Below are positions 23,739 to 36,942 of a DNA stretch of 64,000 nucleotides, piece by piece. Every line of letters begins with the position of its first letter. The stretch's first letter is position 1. The notes beneath the pieces are model-generated. The model made no database searches, had not been told where the DNA came from, and worked only from the letters and a program-made list of their open reading frames with translations. The position numbers and the translations under genes are program-made. Source of the stretch: Bilabrum cf. latius (lineage: Eukaryota); NCBI GenBank assembly GCA_965178125.1, contig OZ237737.1, forward strand, positions 248,001 through 312,000, written 5' to 3'.

Positions 23739-26316
23739 TCAATCCTCCCCGAAGTCTCCGAACCCTCCAAACCCTCCATCCATGCCATCGCCACCCATAC
23801 CGCCCATCCCGCTGCCGCCACCGAACCCAAAGTGATCGTCGTTGGTCCCGTCTGCGCCATCCATGTCGTCCGCATCGTCCGCGTCCTCGGCCACCTCCAC
23901 GTCAAAGTACCTGCCCATGAGGGTCGCTGCCCGGTGCTGGATGTCCTCGTCGGTGCCCGCCGTCTGCAGGTCCTCGATGGTCTGCCCGCCGCCCGCCTCC
24001 TCGATGAACTGCACCACCTTGTTCCCTCCGCGGGTGATCCCGCGATCCTCGGCCTCCTTGCCCACGCGCAGCATGTTCTCCAGCCCCTCGAGGGTGATGG
24101 TCACCATCCGGCGGTCGTGAGCGTTCAGCAGCCCGCACATGGGGCCGACTGCGCCGAGGTCGACCAGCTGCATGATCTGGCTCTGGTTGCCGCCGGCCGT
24201 CACGTTGCAGATGCACCACAGCGCCTCCCGCTGCAGGTCGTGCTCTGCAGACCGGCAGATCTCGATCAGCGGCTGGAAGATATTGGCCTCGAACAGCCTG
24301 TCAATCTGCGCGACGCTGCCCGCCGCGATGTTGCTGATGGTCCAGCACGTCTCCTTCACGATGGACCTCTTGGTGTCGCCCAGCTTCTCTAGCAGGATGG
24401 GCAGCGCGTTCTGGCCCAGCACCATGTCCGTCTGCGCGTCGTCGCCGGTGACGATGTTGCCGATGGTGCGCAGCGCGGGGGTGACGATGCCCGACTTTGG
24501 GCTCATCATGAGCTCCACCAGGCGGGTCACTGCGCCAGACTCCACCACGCGCTGGACGCGTTCGTTCTCGCCGTCGCTGACGTACGAGAAGGCCCAGCAC
24601 GCGTCGGTGACGACTTCGTTGTCATCGCTCTTGATCAGCTCGGCCAGCAGCGGGATGCCGTCTGCCACCGCGTGGAACGGAGGCATGGGCTTGCCACTGC
24701 GGTGGACGGCGGGAAGGGGGGGAAGACAAGGATGGAGAAATTGAGGAATCGGTGGAAGTGATGATGAGGGCATGGAAAGGGGGAAGGCGTCAATGCCTTG
24801 GGTCGTTCGATCTCCTCTATTGATCTTATCCTACCCTTAAAACTCACCGCATGAGGTTTGACAGGGCCCAGGTGGCGTTCCTGAGCACCGCCGGGGAGAT
24901 GCTCCTGTTGCGGAAGACGTCGAGGAGCGGCCTCATGACTCCCTCGCTGAGCAGCATGTCCCTGCACTCGGGGGAGTCGCCTGCAATGTTCCCCAGCGCC
25001 CACACGCACTGCTCCTGCACGTCGGGATACTTGCTCAAGAGGCCCGCCATGAAGGCCGTCGTGGCCCCGGCGGCGATGACGGCCTGCGTGTCCTGGGCAG
25101 ACCCGGAGGCCACGTTGGTGAGCACCCAAGCCGACTCAAACTGGAGCCTGGGGTTACTCCCATCCCGCAAGAACGACGCCAAAATGTCCAGCACGCCCAG
25201 CTGCGTGACTGCCCGAATCGGAGGGTTGCGCTCTGCGAGGGCGAGACAGCAGCATGTGCACTCTGACTGGCAAAATATGGGAGCACTGGAACGAGGCTTC
25301 CGTTCGATAGCCGCAGGTTGGCGGAAATGAAATGTGGTATTACAAACAAAACCTGTGGATGAGGCCAGCAGCAAGAACTGCGAGGCCAGGAGTAATCTCT
25401 CACCCACTGCAACCAGTTTCCGGAGCATGAGTGCCCCTTCAAGGTTCAAGCTGGGATCGCCACGCACGCGAACCATCTCTGCATACTTGCGCATGTTGTT
25501 GGGCTGCAGTGAGTGTAGCAAGAAAGGGATGAATGTCCAAACGTAAGGGCAAACAACATGCCCGGCCCCTCTCCAGCTACCACAACACAGCAGTGGGAAT
25601 GATAGGGCCATCCCACCGAGGAAAGGAACAGCTTTAAGAACACTTGAGCTTATAATCGAAACATTGGGACGACAGACGCAGTATCTCACGTCTGCGACAA
25701 CATCGCTGTTCGGTATTCTCGCGCCAGGCACCGTTGGCAAATTGCTTCCTGCAACACTAGCTGGAGCATCAGATCCCATGCCCATTCCCCCGTCTGCTCC
25801 TGCACCTGTGCCAGAGGCGGCCGGCCGCCGGTTCAGCTGCGAACGAGCGAAACATGGGAGATGAAAGCAGAACAACTGGATCGCAAACAGGCGAAGACTT
25901 GCCAAAGCATCCCGAGGTCCAGTTGTTTCGCAGGGCTATCAAGTTTTGTTCTTTGAAGAAACAAAGATACGAGGGTCCATAGCGTACATACCACGAGATT
26001 TGAGATTCAATGCTCGCTCAACACTCGGTTCCCGGCTTTCAAATCGCCATGTTCGGGCAACTAATGCAAGTGCACACCAGAAAAACCACGGTCATATAGA
26101 TAATATCAATACAAGCAATCTTCTGGTAGACCTAAGACGCAAGCAAATCCCGAGTTTCCTCACCATTCGTCGCTTCGCCAACCGAGCCTCTTGCTTCTGC
26201 TTGCGAACTTGAATCGTGGTTTCTGTCCTGCTTCGCCTAGCCTCTTCGATAGAGATAGTCTTCTTATAGTCCTTCTTTCTCTGCTCCAACACGGCAGCGC
26301 TTGCATCACCTTCCAT
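23739..26316 (-). CDS. Importin alpha (karyopherin alpha), multi-exon
   Basis: IBB domain ([27 protein letters not shown]) and ARM repeats ([58 protein letters not shown]). Ends TGA. Confidence 0.92.
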
Positions 26317-26484
26317 GATGTATCAGGCAGTCTAGTTTGGCAGGGCAGGTGCTGCGCCGCCCGGAATCGCCTATACCAACACCCTACAAAAACGTCAAAA
26401 ATCTGTATTAGCATCGAACGCGAGAGCCAGCTCAGGTTCAACCAGCAGATTACCCTGTTTGCCCGCGTTGTGTCGAGCGGGGCC

Positions 26485-29400
26485 ATGTCAAAGTTTTTAG
26501 TTTTACTTGGATATTTCAGTGCGCTTGCAGCGATAGTGTCCGGATCAGAGCGTGGAGGGTGCTCGTCGTTTGCATCTCTTCATGGCAAGGAGAGCTAGGC
26601 CACCATGCGAGCCGCCGGGATATATGTCAGCTCGTTTCCCCCCGCTGCTGGACTTCGGAAGAAGTACATTGCTCGGGATGCTACTGACGTCCTCCAAGAT
26701 CCCGCTAGCTCCGAGGCTGGCGGGGATAGCTTCGCAGGCCACCCCAAGCAACGATTCGCTAGGGCTCTTGCAGCCCTGCGGTACGGCCTAGCCATGACTG
26801 CGGTGCACGCGTCCCCCGATGAATAGAATGTGAGCATTGTCTGCGTGCCCTGATGCGATTTCTTGGTTTCGAAGCCACATTCAACGTACTTCGCCGAGCC
26901 CAACCATCCTCCTTCTTCCGAGCACGCAGACGGCAAGTTTCCACCTTGTGCAGAAGCTTGAAGGCACTGTTGACCAGGCTCACGCTCAATGCGATGATGC
27001 TATCGAACATGGAAGCGCCGACACCTCATCCGGCGGCACTCTAGAGCTGGGCTCGCAGTCGGCCGCTTTCCCTGAGCAGCCCGGCGTCAAAGACGGCGCC
27101 GCATCCACGGTCATGTACGAACAGATCAGCTCCGTGTCCAAGGCACGACTCTCGGTCCCATCGGCACAGCACGGAGCAATGGAAGCCTCGGGAGCGAGCC
27201 ACAACCAGCCCTGCATCTCGGTGCAATTCGAGGGCGAGATTGGGGCGGGCTCGTCGGGCAGGGCAGTCGCTTGCTTCGAGAGCTCCGGCCTGCGTGACGC
27301 CGCCGTGTGCGCCCTCCGCACCAACGCCGTGGCACGCCGGAGGGACCTCTCCAGCGTGGACGGGGAACACGCCTCGTGGCTCAGGGGCATAGCGGAGGGC
27401 GCACACCACGGGGAGCCCTGCAGCCCCAAGGGGACCCCCTACCTGCCGCTGCCCGCCGACAGGGCGCGGGAGGAGGACGCTGCCGCGGCGGAGCTGGGCC
27501 CCGCGGGCGACATTCTTTCCATGGAGGAAGATAACGAGAACGAGGGGGAGGGGGAGGCCCCCGGGTTCGTGGAGCATGGCATGAGCAGGGAGGAGGCGGC
27601 CATCGCCAGGGTGAGGAGGCTGCTCGACATGGCCACGGCACCATCGGAGGAGGAGGACGGGGAGGAGGCGGGCGATGAGGAGATGGCGGTGCCTCCATTG
27701 GAGCAGGGCGACGGTCAGGGCGTGGAGACCGAGACCGAGGGCGAGGGCGAGGGCAACAAGTACGTCACGCCCACGATTGTCGGTGACGAAGAGCCTTCCG
27801 CCGCAGACCGAGAGAGTGACAACGAGGAGGAGAAGGAGGAGGAAGAGGAGGACCGCAGTAGTGCTATCGTGTCAACTTTGACGAGGAGCCACACGGTGTC
27901 GACGGTGCCTGCCGCTGATGATGCGAGCCATGAGCACGAGGCCACCCCTGTCCCCGGCGCCGACCCCGGTCCAGACGACGATTTCACGGACGAGGACAGG
28001 GAACAGTTGGAGGAGGAGCAGCGCGCCATCAAGGCATTCAAGGAGAGGGTGGCAAAGGGCAAGGTGTGGGAGGGCGAGGACGTGCAGGGTGTGGAGGAGG
28101 AGGAGGAGGAGGAGACAGGTGAAGGGGTGGAGCAGCCGGTGGATGCCCAAGTCGTAGCAGCCGATGAGGCGGTCGAAGAAGAAGACGAGGAGGATGTCGA
28201 GCAGCCTTCGAACGAGCCCATCGTTGTGGACAGCGCGCAGATGCATGAGGAGGAAGAGGAAGAGCGCCAGGCCGTTGATGAGGAAGAATCAGAAGAAGAG
28301 GAGGAAGAGGAAGCTGCGGCCCAAGCGCCCATCAGCAGGGAGCCCAGCCGAGCTGTTGACGAGTACGAGCGCGTGCGTGTGGTGGACAGCGTGGACGACG
28401 TGGAGCGGGTCGTGCCCTATGGCACACTGCAGCGCAAGAGCAGCAGCAGCCAACAGCAGGAGCAGAGGGCCGACTCAGTCCCGCGCATCAAGCCATCAAG
28501 GCCACCCGCCCCGAGCACCCCGCCAGTCGCTAGGCGAGGCAACACCCAGGGTGGAGATGGTGATTCCAGCACCGTAGACAAGGACACCTTCACAGTGCGC
28601 CCAGGAGACAGCGAGCGAGACATCGTTCTCAAGGCGCACCACCATGCAGTGCAACAGGCCAGGGAACACCACGAGAAGGCGCACGCAGATGCGGTCGCAA
28701 AGGTGATGGGAATCGGTGGGGAAGGCGAGAGCTAGGGAACAAAGCAAGGTCGCGAAGAAGAGCCAGAGCAGCAGGACGAGGAGGAGAGCAAGCCCGTTCC
28801 GCACTACGTGGATGCGGAGGTGCACCCCGACCTGGATCTGGAGGGGTTCGAGACGATCGTGCAGGCGCAGGTGATCGAGCCCTCTGCCTCTCCTGTGCCC
28901 ATGCCATCAGAGGCTGCGGCCCCAGAAGAGGAGGAGACAGAAGAGGAGGAGGAAGAGGAGGAATCGGAGCAAGGCAAGGCTGAGGACAAGGACACGGGAG
29001 TGGAATAGGAAGAAGACCAGAACGACAAAGGCGAGGAAAAGCCAAAGGAGGAGAGCAAAGGCAAGGAGAACACGGAGAAGCCGCTGCCCGGCCCCAAGCC
29101 CTCCCCCACTCCCAAGCCCTCCCCCGAGCCAAGCTCCGCGTTTCCGTCCGTGTCCCCCAGACCAGGGGAGGACTCCATCGTGCCCAGCACGGCAGCCACA
29201 CCATCTGTCGAGCCAGGCGCAGCGTCCCCGGCTCCTCGGGAGACGGCCCCCAAGACTGGCCTCGGCTCGATTCCCCAGGGTGACAAGGGGGAGGAGGAGC
29301 CAGTGTCACCAGAGGAACACGCCAAAAGGGTGGCGGCGAGGCGGGCGGCCATCAGGGCGGCCCTGGGCGGTTCGTCCGAGGAACAAGAGGATGCCGCTGC

Positions 29401-30094
29401 CGCTGGGGGGGATTCGCAGGCCGAGGGCGGCGCCGCGGCTGTTAGGTTCCGCTCGTCGCGCGGGCTTCGGGGGTCCGGCTAGGCGTTCAGGGGACGGTCC
29501 GTGTCGCACGAGAAGTCGCAGCAGGTGATGCAGGCCAATGCGGCAGGGGAGCCGCTCGGGGTGGATGGGGAGGGTGCAGATGCCGATGGCGCACAGCAGG
29601 AGGAGGACGATGCGATTGCTGCGCACGTGGATGCGGGCGTGCTAGGTTAGGAGGAGGACGATGCGATTGCTGCGCACGTGGATGCGGGCGTGCTAGGTTA
29701 GGAGGAGGACGATGCGATTGCTGCGCACGTGGATGCGGGTGTGCTAGGTTAGGAGGAGGACGATGCGATTGCTGCGCACGTGGATGCGGGCGTGCTTGGC
29801 ACACAGGTAGGCAGCGCCCGTGGGGGGGGAGTTGCAAGGGCGGGAGCAGGAGCAGGAGCAGGGGAGGTGGGTGCAGAGCTGGCTGGAAGAGGGGAGGAGT
29901 CCGATGGGCACGCCTCTACGAAGAATGCAGGTGGTATTGAGCAGCAGCATGCAGCGAGTTCCATGGAGGAAGCGAGCAGCGAGAGCGGCAAGGGAGGCGA
30001 GAAGAAGGAGAAGGACGGAGGCTCGCACTGGGATCTGCTCTCGAGGTTCTCGACCCCTGGGCTGTTAGCTGGTTGGGGCGGGGCGTTTGCTTAA
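26485..30094 (+). CDS. Large secreted acidic low-complexity protein; intron ~26830-26929
   Basis: Signal-peptide-like MSKFLVLLGYFSALAAIVSG; Glu-rich. The frame continues through 8 TAGs to TAA 30092-30094. Confidence 0.65.
29598..29796 (+). repeat. 51-bp coding tandem repeat, ~3.9 copies (QEEDDAIAAHVDAGVLG)
   Basis: Units start at 29598, 29649, 29700 and 29751. Confidence 0.95.
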
Positions 30095-30257
30095 TTTTTG
30101 CACGGATGCTACATCTTTCGATTCAACGTTAAACGCGATTAACCACCTGAGGGCGAACTGATGAACGCCCTGCGCAAGTAACGCGCAATTTGCGCGCCGT
30201 ATTGCAGATTTCGACCTTGTGCCGCTCCATTCCACACTCTCTACACGTGTTTCAGCA

Positions 30258-32145
30258 ATGCTCAGGCAAGCACAAAGGTTGGCATCTGCTAGATTTGCAG
30301 TCAGGTCACGCTCTCTAGCGATGCGCGCCATGAGCACCGCGGTAAGTTCTTGCTTCTGCCAGGACTCTGGTCCTTCGCATCACTGGGTTGTCTGCTGCGT
30401 GTCAGTGCATTTGTCGACAGTGTATTGACATGTTCTTTGCTTGAAGCTTGGGATAGTGTATGCATATGCGATTTTGCCGTAGATTTCCGACAGAAATTGT
30501 TCAAGAAGCGACTTGTTTGCTGACAGGTGGCGCAAGTGCAGTTGACGTTCAGCGTATCTTGCTCAACCCGGGAATTCTGAAGAGTCGAACGCGCACAAGC
30601 GGATTTCAATCGATCATGGTATGAATTTTCATTTGCATACTGCTCGCGCAGCCGATCAAGTACCCGAATTTGATCAACGGGGAGTACGTGCCGTCCAAGG
30701 CTACCGAGTGGATCCCGGTGCACGACCCCGCGACGAACGAGGTTGTAGGCGAGGTGCCCCAGAGCACCCAGGAGGAAATGGATGCCGCAACGAGCGCCGC
30801 AGTGACTGCACAAAAGGACTGGGCCGCTACTCCCGTGCAGCGGCGCCAGCGCGTGATGTTCAAGTACCAGGAGCTCATCCAGAGGCACACGGACGAGGTG
30901 GCCGCGCTCATCACAAAGGAGCAGGGCAAGACCACGGCCGATGCTAAGGGAGACGTCTTCCGCGGTCTCGAGGTCGTGGAGCACGCTTGCTCCGCCGCCA
31001 CGCTCTCGATGGGCGAGACGCTGGGCAACCTGGCTGACGGCACCGACACGTACTCGTACAGGCGACCCCTGGGCGTGACCGCCGGCATCGCCCCCTTCAA
31101 TTTCCCCGCCATGATCCCGCTGTGGATGTTCCCGCTGTCCGCGGCGCTGGGCAACGCGGTGGTGATGAAGCCCTCGGAGCGCGTCCCCGGCGCACTCATG
31201 CGGCTGAGCGAGCTGGCCCTCGAGGCTGGCCTCCCCGCCGGCGTGCTCAACATCATCCACGGGGCGCACGACACGGTCAACTTCATCTGCGACGACCCGC
31301 GCATCAAGGCGGTGCAGTTCGTGGGCGGCGATGCAGCGGGCAGGCACATCTACGAGAGGTGCGCAGCCGGTGGCAAGAAGGCCCAGTGCAACATGGCAGC
31401 CAAGAACCACGGGATCATCATGCCCGACGCTGACAAGGAGCAGGTGCTGAACGCGCTCGTGGGCTCTGCATTCGGAGCCGCCGGACAGAGGTGCATGGCG
31501 CTCAGCTTCAACATCTTCGTGGGAGAGGCCAAGGAGTGGATCCCCGAGCTGGCGAACCGCGCGGCCGCGCTCAAGGTGTCTGCCGGGCACCTGCCCGACA
31601 CGGACGTGGGTCCGATGATCAGCCCCTCTGCGCTGTCCAGGGCCAGGGACCTGATCCACAGGGGGGTGGAGGCGGGCGGGAGGCTGCTCGTGGATGGCCG
31701 GGACGTGCATGTGGCGGATTACCCTAACGGCAACTTCCTGGCGCCCACCATTCTGACTGGGCTGACCCCCTCCAATCCAGCGTACAAGGAAGAGGTGTTC
31801 GGGCCTGTGATGGGCGTGGGAACCGCGGACTCGCTGGATGAGGCCATCTCGTGGATCAACGAGAACCCCTACGGGAACGGGTGCTGCATCTTTACGCAGA
31901 ACGGCGCGGCGGCCCGCAAGTTCCAGCACGAGATCGAGGTGGGGCAGGTAGGCATCAACGTGCCCATCCCCGTGCCGCTTCCCTTCTTCTCCTTCACGGG
32001 GAACAAGAAGTCCTTCCTGGGAGACAACAACTTCTACGGCAAGGCCGGCGCCCACTTCTTGACGTAGCAGCAGACCGTGACGTCCAACTGGAAGTACACC
32101 CAGACCAGCCAGAAGGCCGCCATGGCGATGCCTACCCTCGGGTGA
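30258..32145 (+). CDS. ALDH6A1: Methylmalonate-semialdehyde dehydrogenase, mitochondrial; intron ~30342-30651
   Basis: Arg/Ala-rich presequence; [45 protein letters not shown]-terminus [11 protein letters not shown]...MPTLG through TAG 32065 to TGA. Confidence 0.95.
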
Positions 32146-32511
32146 TCGAGATGATGCCGCCACGTTGCGGCAAGCATCCTTATTTTGCACAATGGACCGC
32201 CTGAATGGCGAATATGGATAGTCTGACAGCAGCCAATTACGATTGATGGATTATATTTTTTGGTGCAACTGCAACTCCACCGGCATATCAAGGCTATCAA
32301 CCCGCATTTTTTTGGATTGTCCATGATCGTATTGCAATTATGAAAGCTGCTACCGGTTACAGCACTACTTGCGAGGCCAGTTGTCTGGTGATGACGGTCA
32401 CAGCACAACCGCAGGTTCCGCAGCTTCTAGAAGCCTGGATATGAATTTACTTGTCGCCCCTTCGCACACATTTCAACCCATAGAATCATTTCCAGATTTT
32501 TCCAAATAGTG

Positions 32512-33354
32512 ATGGCAGCAGTATCTGTGGCATCAGCAGCGTCAGCACTGTCCCGCTCGCTTCGGGTGCTAGCAATCTCCGGTTCTCTGCGGGCAGCTAG
32601 CACGAACGCTGGGCTTGCCCGGTACATCGCAGCCAACCACCCTGCGTCACTGGAGGTGAAGCTGGCAGATATCAGTAAAATCCCGTTGTTCAATTCTGAT
32701 CTCATGGATTCGGATGGGAACCCTCCGAAGGATGTGGCCGCGTTGCGACAGCAGATCCGTGAGAAGTGCTGTGCTATCACGATCGTTAACAACGATGGCC
32801 CAGGCCACTAGGGGTCATCCACGTTCTAGGCAAGCTGCTGCCGAGTGGGGACCGCCTCTTGATCCATGTTACAGCTGCGCCCAACCCGTCTATTTCGAAT
32901 GCATGCTCTGCTCTCCCCCGCAGAGGAAGCGGATGCCGTTGTGCTCGCTGTGCCCGAGTACAACTACGGGCCATCGCCCGTCATTGTGAACGCGATCGAC
33001 TGGGTGCCTCCTTCCATGTGGAAGGGCAAGCCAGTATCCATGATGTCCTCGGGGGGAACCATGGGAGGATCCAGGGCCCAGCTGCAGCTGAGGCAAAAGT
33101 TCGTGTTCTTGGAGGGGCACGTGCTGCAGAGGCCCGAGATCATGATCAACCAGTTCGGGGGCGAGAAGGTGTTCGACCCAGAGGGGAACCTGATCTCGGC
33201 CAAGTGGCAGGAGAGGACGCAGGCACAGCTGCTCGCCCTGGAGGACTTTGCCCGCACCTGGATCGCGGGCAAGGAGGCCATCGAGGCAGCCAAGGCAGCG
33301 AGGGAGTCCTCCTCTGCAGCTGCCAAGGAGGTCAAGGCGGATGGGTCCTCCTGA
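32512..33354 (+). CDS. NADPH-dependent FMN reductase (flavodoxin-like); intron ~32759-32923
   Basis: ISGSLRAASTN, PEYNYG, NAIDW, GGSRAQLQLR. Ends TGA. Confidence 0.9.
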
Positions 33355-33703
33355 GTCCTCCCCTGGGGAGATGACACGCAGGGCACGGTGCCTCTGTGAA
33401 ACATTTGTTTCATCAAGAGATTGTTGTACGCGCCTTGATGACGGAAACAGCACGGCCTACCAGTTGCACACCGATCCGATCCGATCCTCGCCAAGTCCAC
33501 CTACGGGCTACATGCCACCACGTTCTCCCTCTCAGCAGACCATGCTCATCGCTCAGACGCTCATCATTTCATTCGACGTCAACAACGAATGCGACTCTGT
33601 CTCCTCCTACATGCCGTCATTTAGATCTAGGCATCATTTGTGTGCTAGATTGCAGCCTGGTGGAACGAATCGGCACGCATTGCAATCCACTGCACCGCCC
33701 GTT

Positions 33704-34663
33704 TCACTCTCTCAGGAGGCACCCTGCGGTTTCCGCGAGGACCTTGTGCCTGCGCTCGGCTTGCTGCACAGCGGAGCGAAGGTCTGCCGCCGGGACCAGG
33801 TCTCGCATCCGCAGCGCGTACAGTAGTTGTTCCCTGGCGTTGAACGCAATGTTGTTGGCCAGGAACATGGGCAGTCCCATGTCGCGGCCCGGCCGGTGCT
33901 TTCTCTAGAACGTGCCGAGCGGCGCTCGGACGATACCAAACGTTTCTTTGCCCCAGTCTCGGCACTCCAGCGCAGACTTTTCGAGGGCGAATAAGTCCTG
34001 TTCTGAGACTTCTATCGCAAAGAAGTTCAGGAGGCACTTGCTGTCGGGCCTGCGCATGACACATAGCTAGTGTTTCGGCTACGGAACGATGAGCCCATCC
34101 GGAGCTCCGATCTCCTCCTTGAGCTCCCTTGCCAAAGCTTCCGTCACTGTCTCGCCCGGATCTACACCGCCGCCAGGGAATCCGATCCTACCGTCGTCAC
34201 GCACTATCATGAGCGCTACATTAGGACACGGATGGCCGTCGATCTTGCAGCCAGACGTACTGCAATATATCATTGCATGAACTGCATGACACCAACCGTC
34301 TTTTCGCACGTCTGCAGCCATCACTTCCTCCTAGGATGCTTTGATATATGTTTCGGTTTCCTTGACCGAAAATGGTGGGAGAGCACTTGACAGCGGTGTC
34401 CCCTTTGGATGCAGCACCTCACGAACATGGCTCCGCTCGATCGGCCGCTCACTAATGTTCTTCCCAAGCCATACTGGTGTCCTGTCCTTTATTTTATTTA
34501 CCTGTCCTGCATCGCATCGGGTGCTTGACCCGGCGAATGTAACACATGTTGCGGCAGCAAACCCACTTGCGGCAACTACACTCGTTCGCAACGAAGCGGC
34601 ACCCCATGCTTGTCTTGCCAGACGATATCTGCTCTATAAAATTCTGCGGACACGCAAACGCAT
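33704..34663 (-). CDS. NUDIX hydrolase, NUDT16 (U8 snoRNA-decapping/IDPase)-like
   Basis: HAVHAMIY, RDDGRIGFPGGGVDPGETVTEALARELKEEIG (Nudix box), DWGKETFGIVRAPL, GLPMFLANN...AREQLL. Five in-frame TAGs; ends TGA. Confidence 0.8.
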
Positions 34664-34826
34664 CTTGATGAAGAGATCAGGCGGGGGTTTGTTTGATGGA
34701 GACATCCACGCCGTCGTTCTCGCCAGGCTGGATTCCCGGAACTGGAACTTCGGGCCAGCGCACACTGGCAGCCGTAGCTACCGACATGAGCTAATCAAGA
34801 GCCCATCCCCGCGCAAAGCCTCTCGT

Positions 34827-35122
34827 TCACGAACTTGTCTCTGCAACCAGGAGCCTTTCCAGCGATACGCGATCCAATTCGTTGACACCTGCAGCCAGCC
34901 GGGGCGATCCCCCTGCGGTCACCTCGATCCACCACTCGCGCTCGCTCCCCAGAAGCAGCTGCTCTCGCAGGGTATCTGCGCCCAGCGGCAACTTCCTGTC
35001 GTCCCACAGCGGACTGTCGTCCGCCAAACCGGAACCAGCGGCACGGATCGCCTCCATGTCCGGTGGAAGCCCAACCCAAGTACAGCCACCTTCCCCACGC
35101 CCATGCCCACGCCCACGCCCAC

Positions 35123-35201
<79 letters not shown>

Positions 35202-35364
35202 CCTGCCACCAGGTCCGCGATCAATACTCGGTGCCGATATCTCGTCCATAGCAGGGCGCGTGCCCCCGATCCCCGCGAGCCTAAGGGACAGAAGCACCGC
35301 TGCTGCCCCCCGCACAACGCAGGGTGGGCGAAACCGCTCTGGCGATTGCGCGGAAGCACCGCCC

Positions 35365-35403
<39 letters not shown>

Positions 35404-36824
35404 CTCGCGAGCTACCTACCTTTCACGACCATACTCCCTCCTATGTCTCGATCGCTGGTGCTGGTGTCCCCAATTGTTCCCTCGATCCATGGGCGGCACA
35501 GGCGCTTGCACTCAGCGACCAACCCGGTCCTCTCCGCGCATGCCGCCAGCACCGGTTGCAACCGCCTGTCCTTTCCCCACAATCGGAGCCACTCAAGGCG
35601 CGGGGTCAGAAGCGGGTCGGAGAGGGATGGGGGAGTGCCGCTCGCGACTGAATCCGAGGCGCTCCGAGCCGAACCTGAAGCGCCGCGAGCAGACGCCTCG
35701 GCACGCGCACCCCCAACAAGCCGACTTGATTTGCATTCCGAGTCGGCAGTGCTGTCTTTAGCGCGGGCCAACAGACGGTCCACGGCCTCTGCAGCAGCTG
35801 CGTCTGCCTCGCACAGGTGCTCCAGCAGGATAGGGGGCGGAGGCGGTGCTTTCCAAGCCCGTGCTGGTGACACTCTGGATTCGCAGGTTGCTTCAGATGG
35901 CAGTATGCCCGAGTCCGCGTGCTCGAGGTTGTGGGCGAGCAGGCAGCATGCGAGCAGAATGACGCGGGAGCTTGCCGCGGGCGGGGCCTCGGCGGTTGCT
36001 CGAGCACTTGCTCGCCATGCCTCGCACGCGAGAGCGAGCATGTCAACGAGAGCCGTGCCGCCGCTGGAGCTGGAGCTGGAGCGCGCCCTCTCTGTCCCTG
36101 CGGCGGGAACTGCGGACGCGGCATCACTAGGCGGGCTGCCGAGCGCGGCGGCCAAGCCGACCCGTCCATCATCACAGTCGCCATCACAGTCTCTGCCACC
36201 GACAGAGCCACCGCTGCCACGCGGTGGTTCAAGTGAACCCACCCTCTCCGAGTCGGAGTGAGCAGGGGCACTACCAGGTACTCGCGGCAACCTTAAGCCT
36301 TCTAAAATACCTGGAGACATTGCTTTTCCTCGAAGAAGTAAGCTCGCAAGTCCTAGCGCAATGTCTTGGGCGGCTTGTGTAGACCTCCAGTCTGACTCTA
36401 TCCCGGCTGCTCTTGCTACCTAAAGCATCACAATCTCTCCCTGCATGGATATATCCAGACATTTCTTACGTATTTCGTTGAAACAAGCGAGCCTAAGCGA
36501 CTCCCAATGTGTCGTGTCGTACAGGTCTGTCGGCGGCAATTGAAGCAGCGACGCTGTATACACCTCAAGTGGCTTTGTTGCGGACTAGAATGCCTAAATT
36601 GCTGCATCAATTGCACGCTCTGATGCGTCAAAGTCCGGCAGTGCCCCCCAAGATCCATTTATTCCGCCAAACTCAATTGCAACACCAGTCTCCACTTGCA
36701 TTCCACCGTCGGCACTCCATAGAACCTCATCTTCAGAGCCATTGTCTCCCCATCCTGCAAGAATACTTTCAAATCCTTCAAACACTACGCGTGGAAGCCA
36801 CCTGTCTCGACTATTGGAAGACAT
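34827..36824 (-). CDS. Hypothetical protein with poly-Ala and (Gly-His)n tract
   Basis: Three ORFs in one frame joined only by TAGs (36594, 36585, 36420, 35412); ends TGA 34827. Confidence 0.55.
35100..35202. repeat. (CCCATG)n / (CCCACG)n hexamer microsatellite
   Basis: Visible tandem hexamer; encodes HG/RG repeats on the minus strand. Confidence 0.9.
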
Positions 36825-36942
36825 TCAATGGAAAGTTGCTGTTGTGTTCGTACGACTCCGAATCTCCAATTGTACAGTAAATATATTGGTATATTTTGAT
36901 ACTCCGGTGATCCGACACACGTCAACCTCTACAAATCAAGAA

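Noticed and set aside
29598-29796. CRISPR array or mobile-element terminal repeat
   Set aside because: A frame-preserving coding tandem repeat without spacers.
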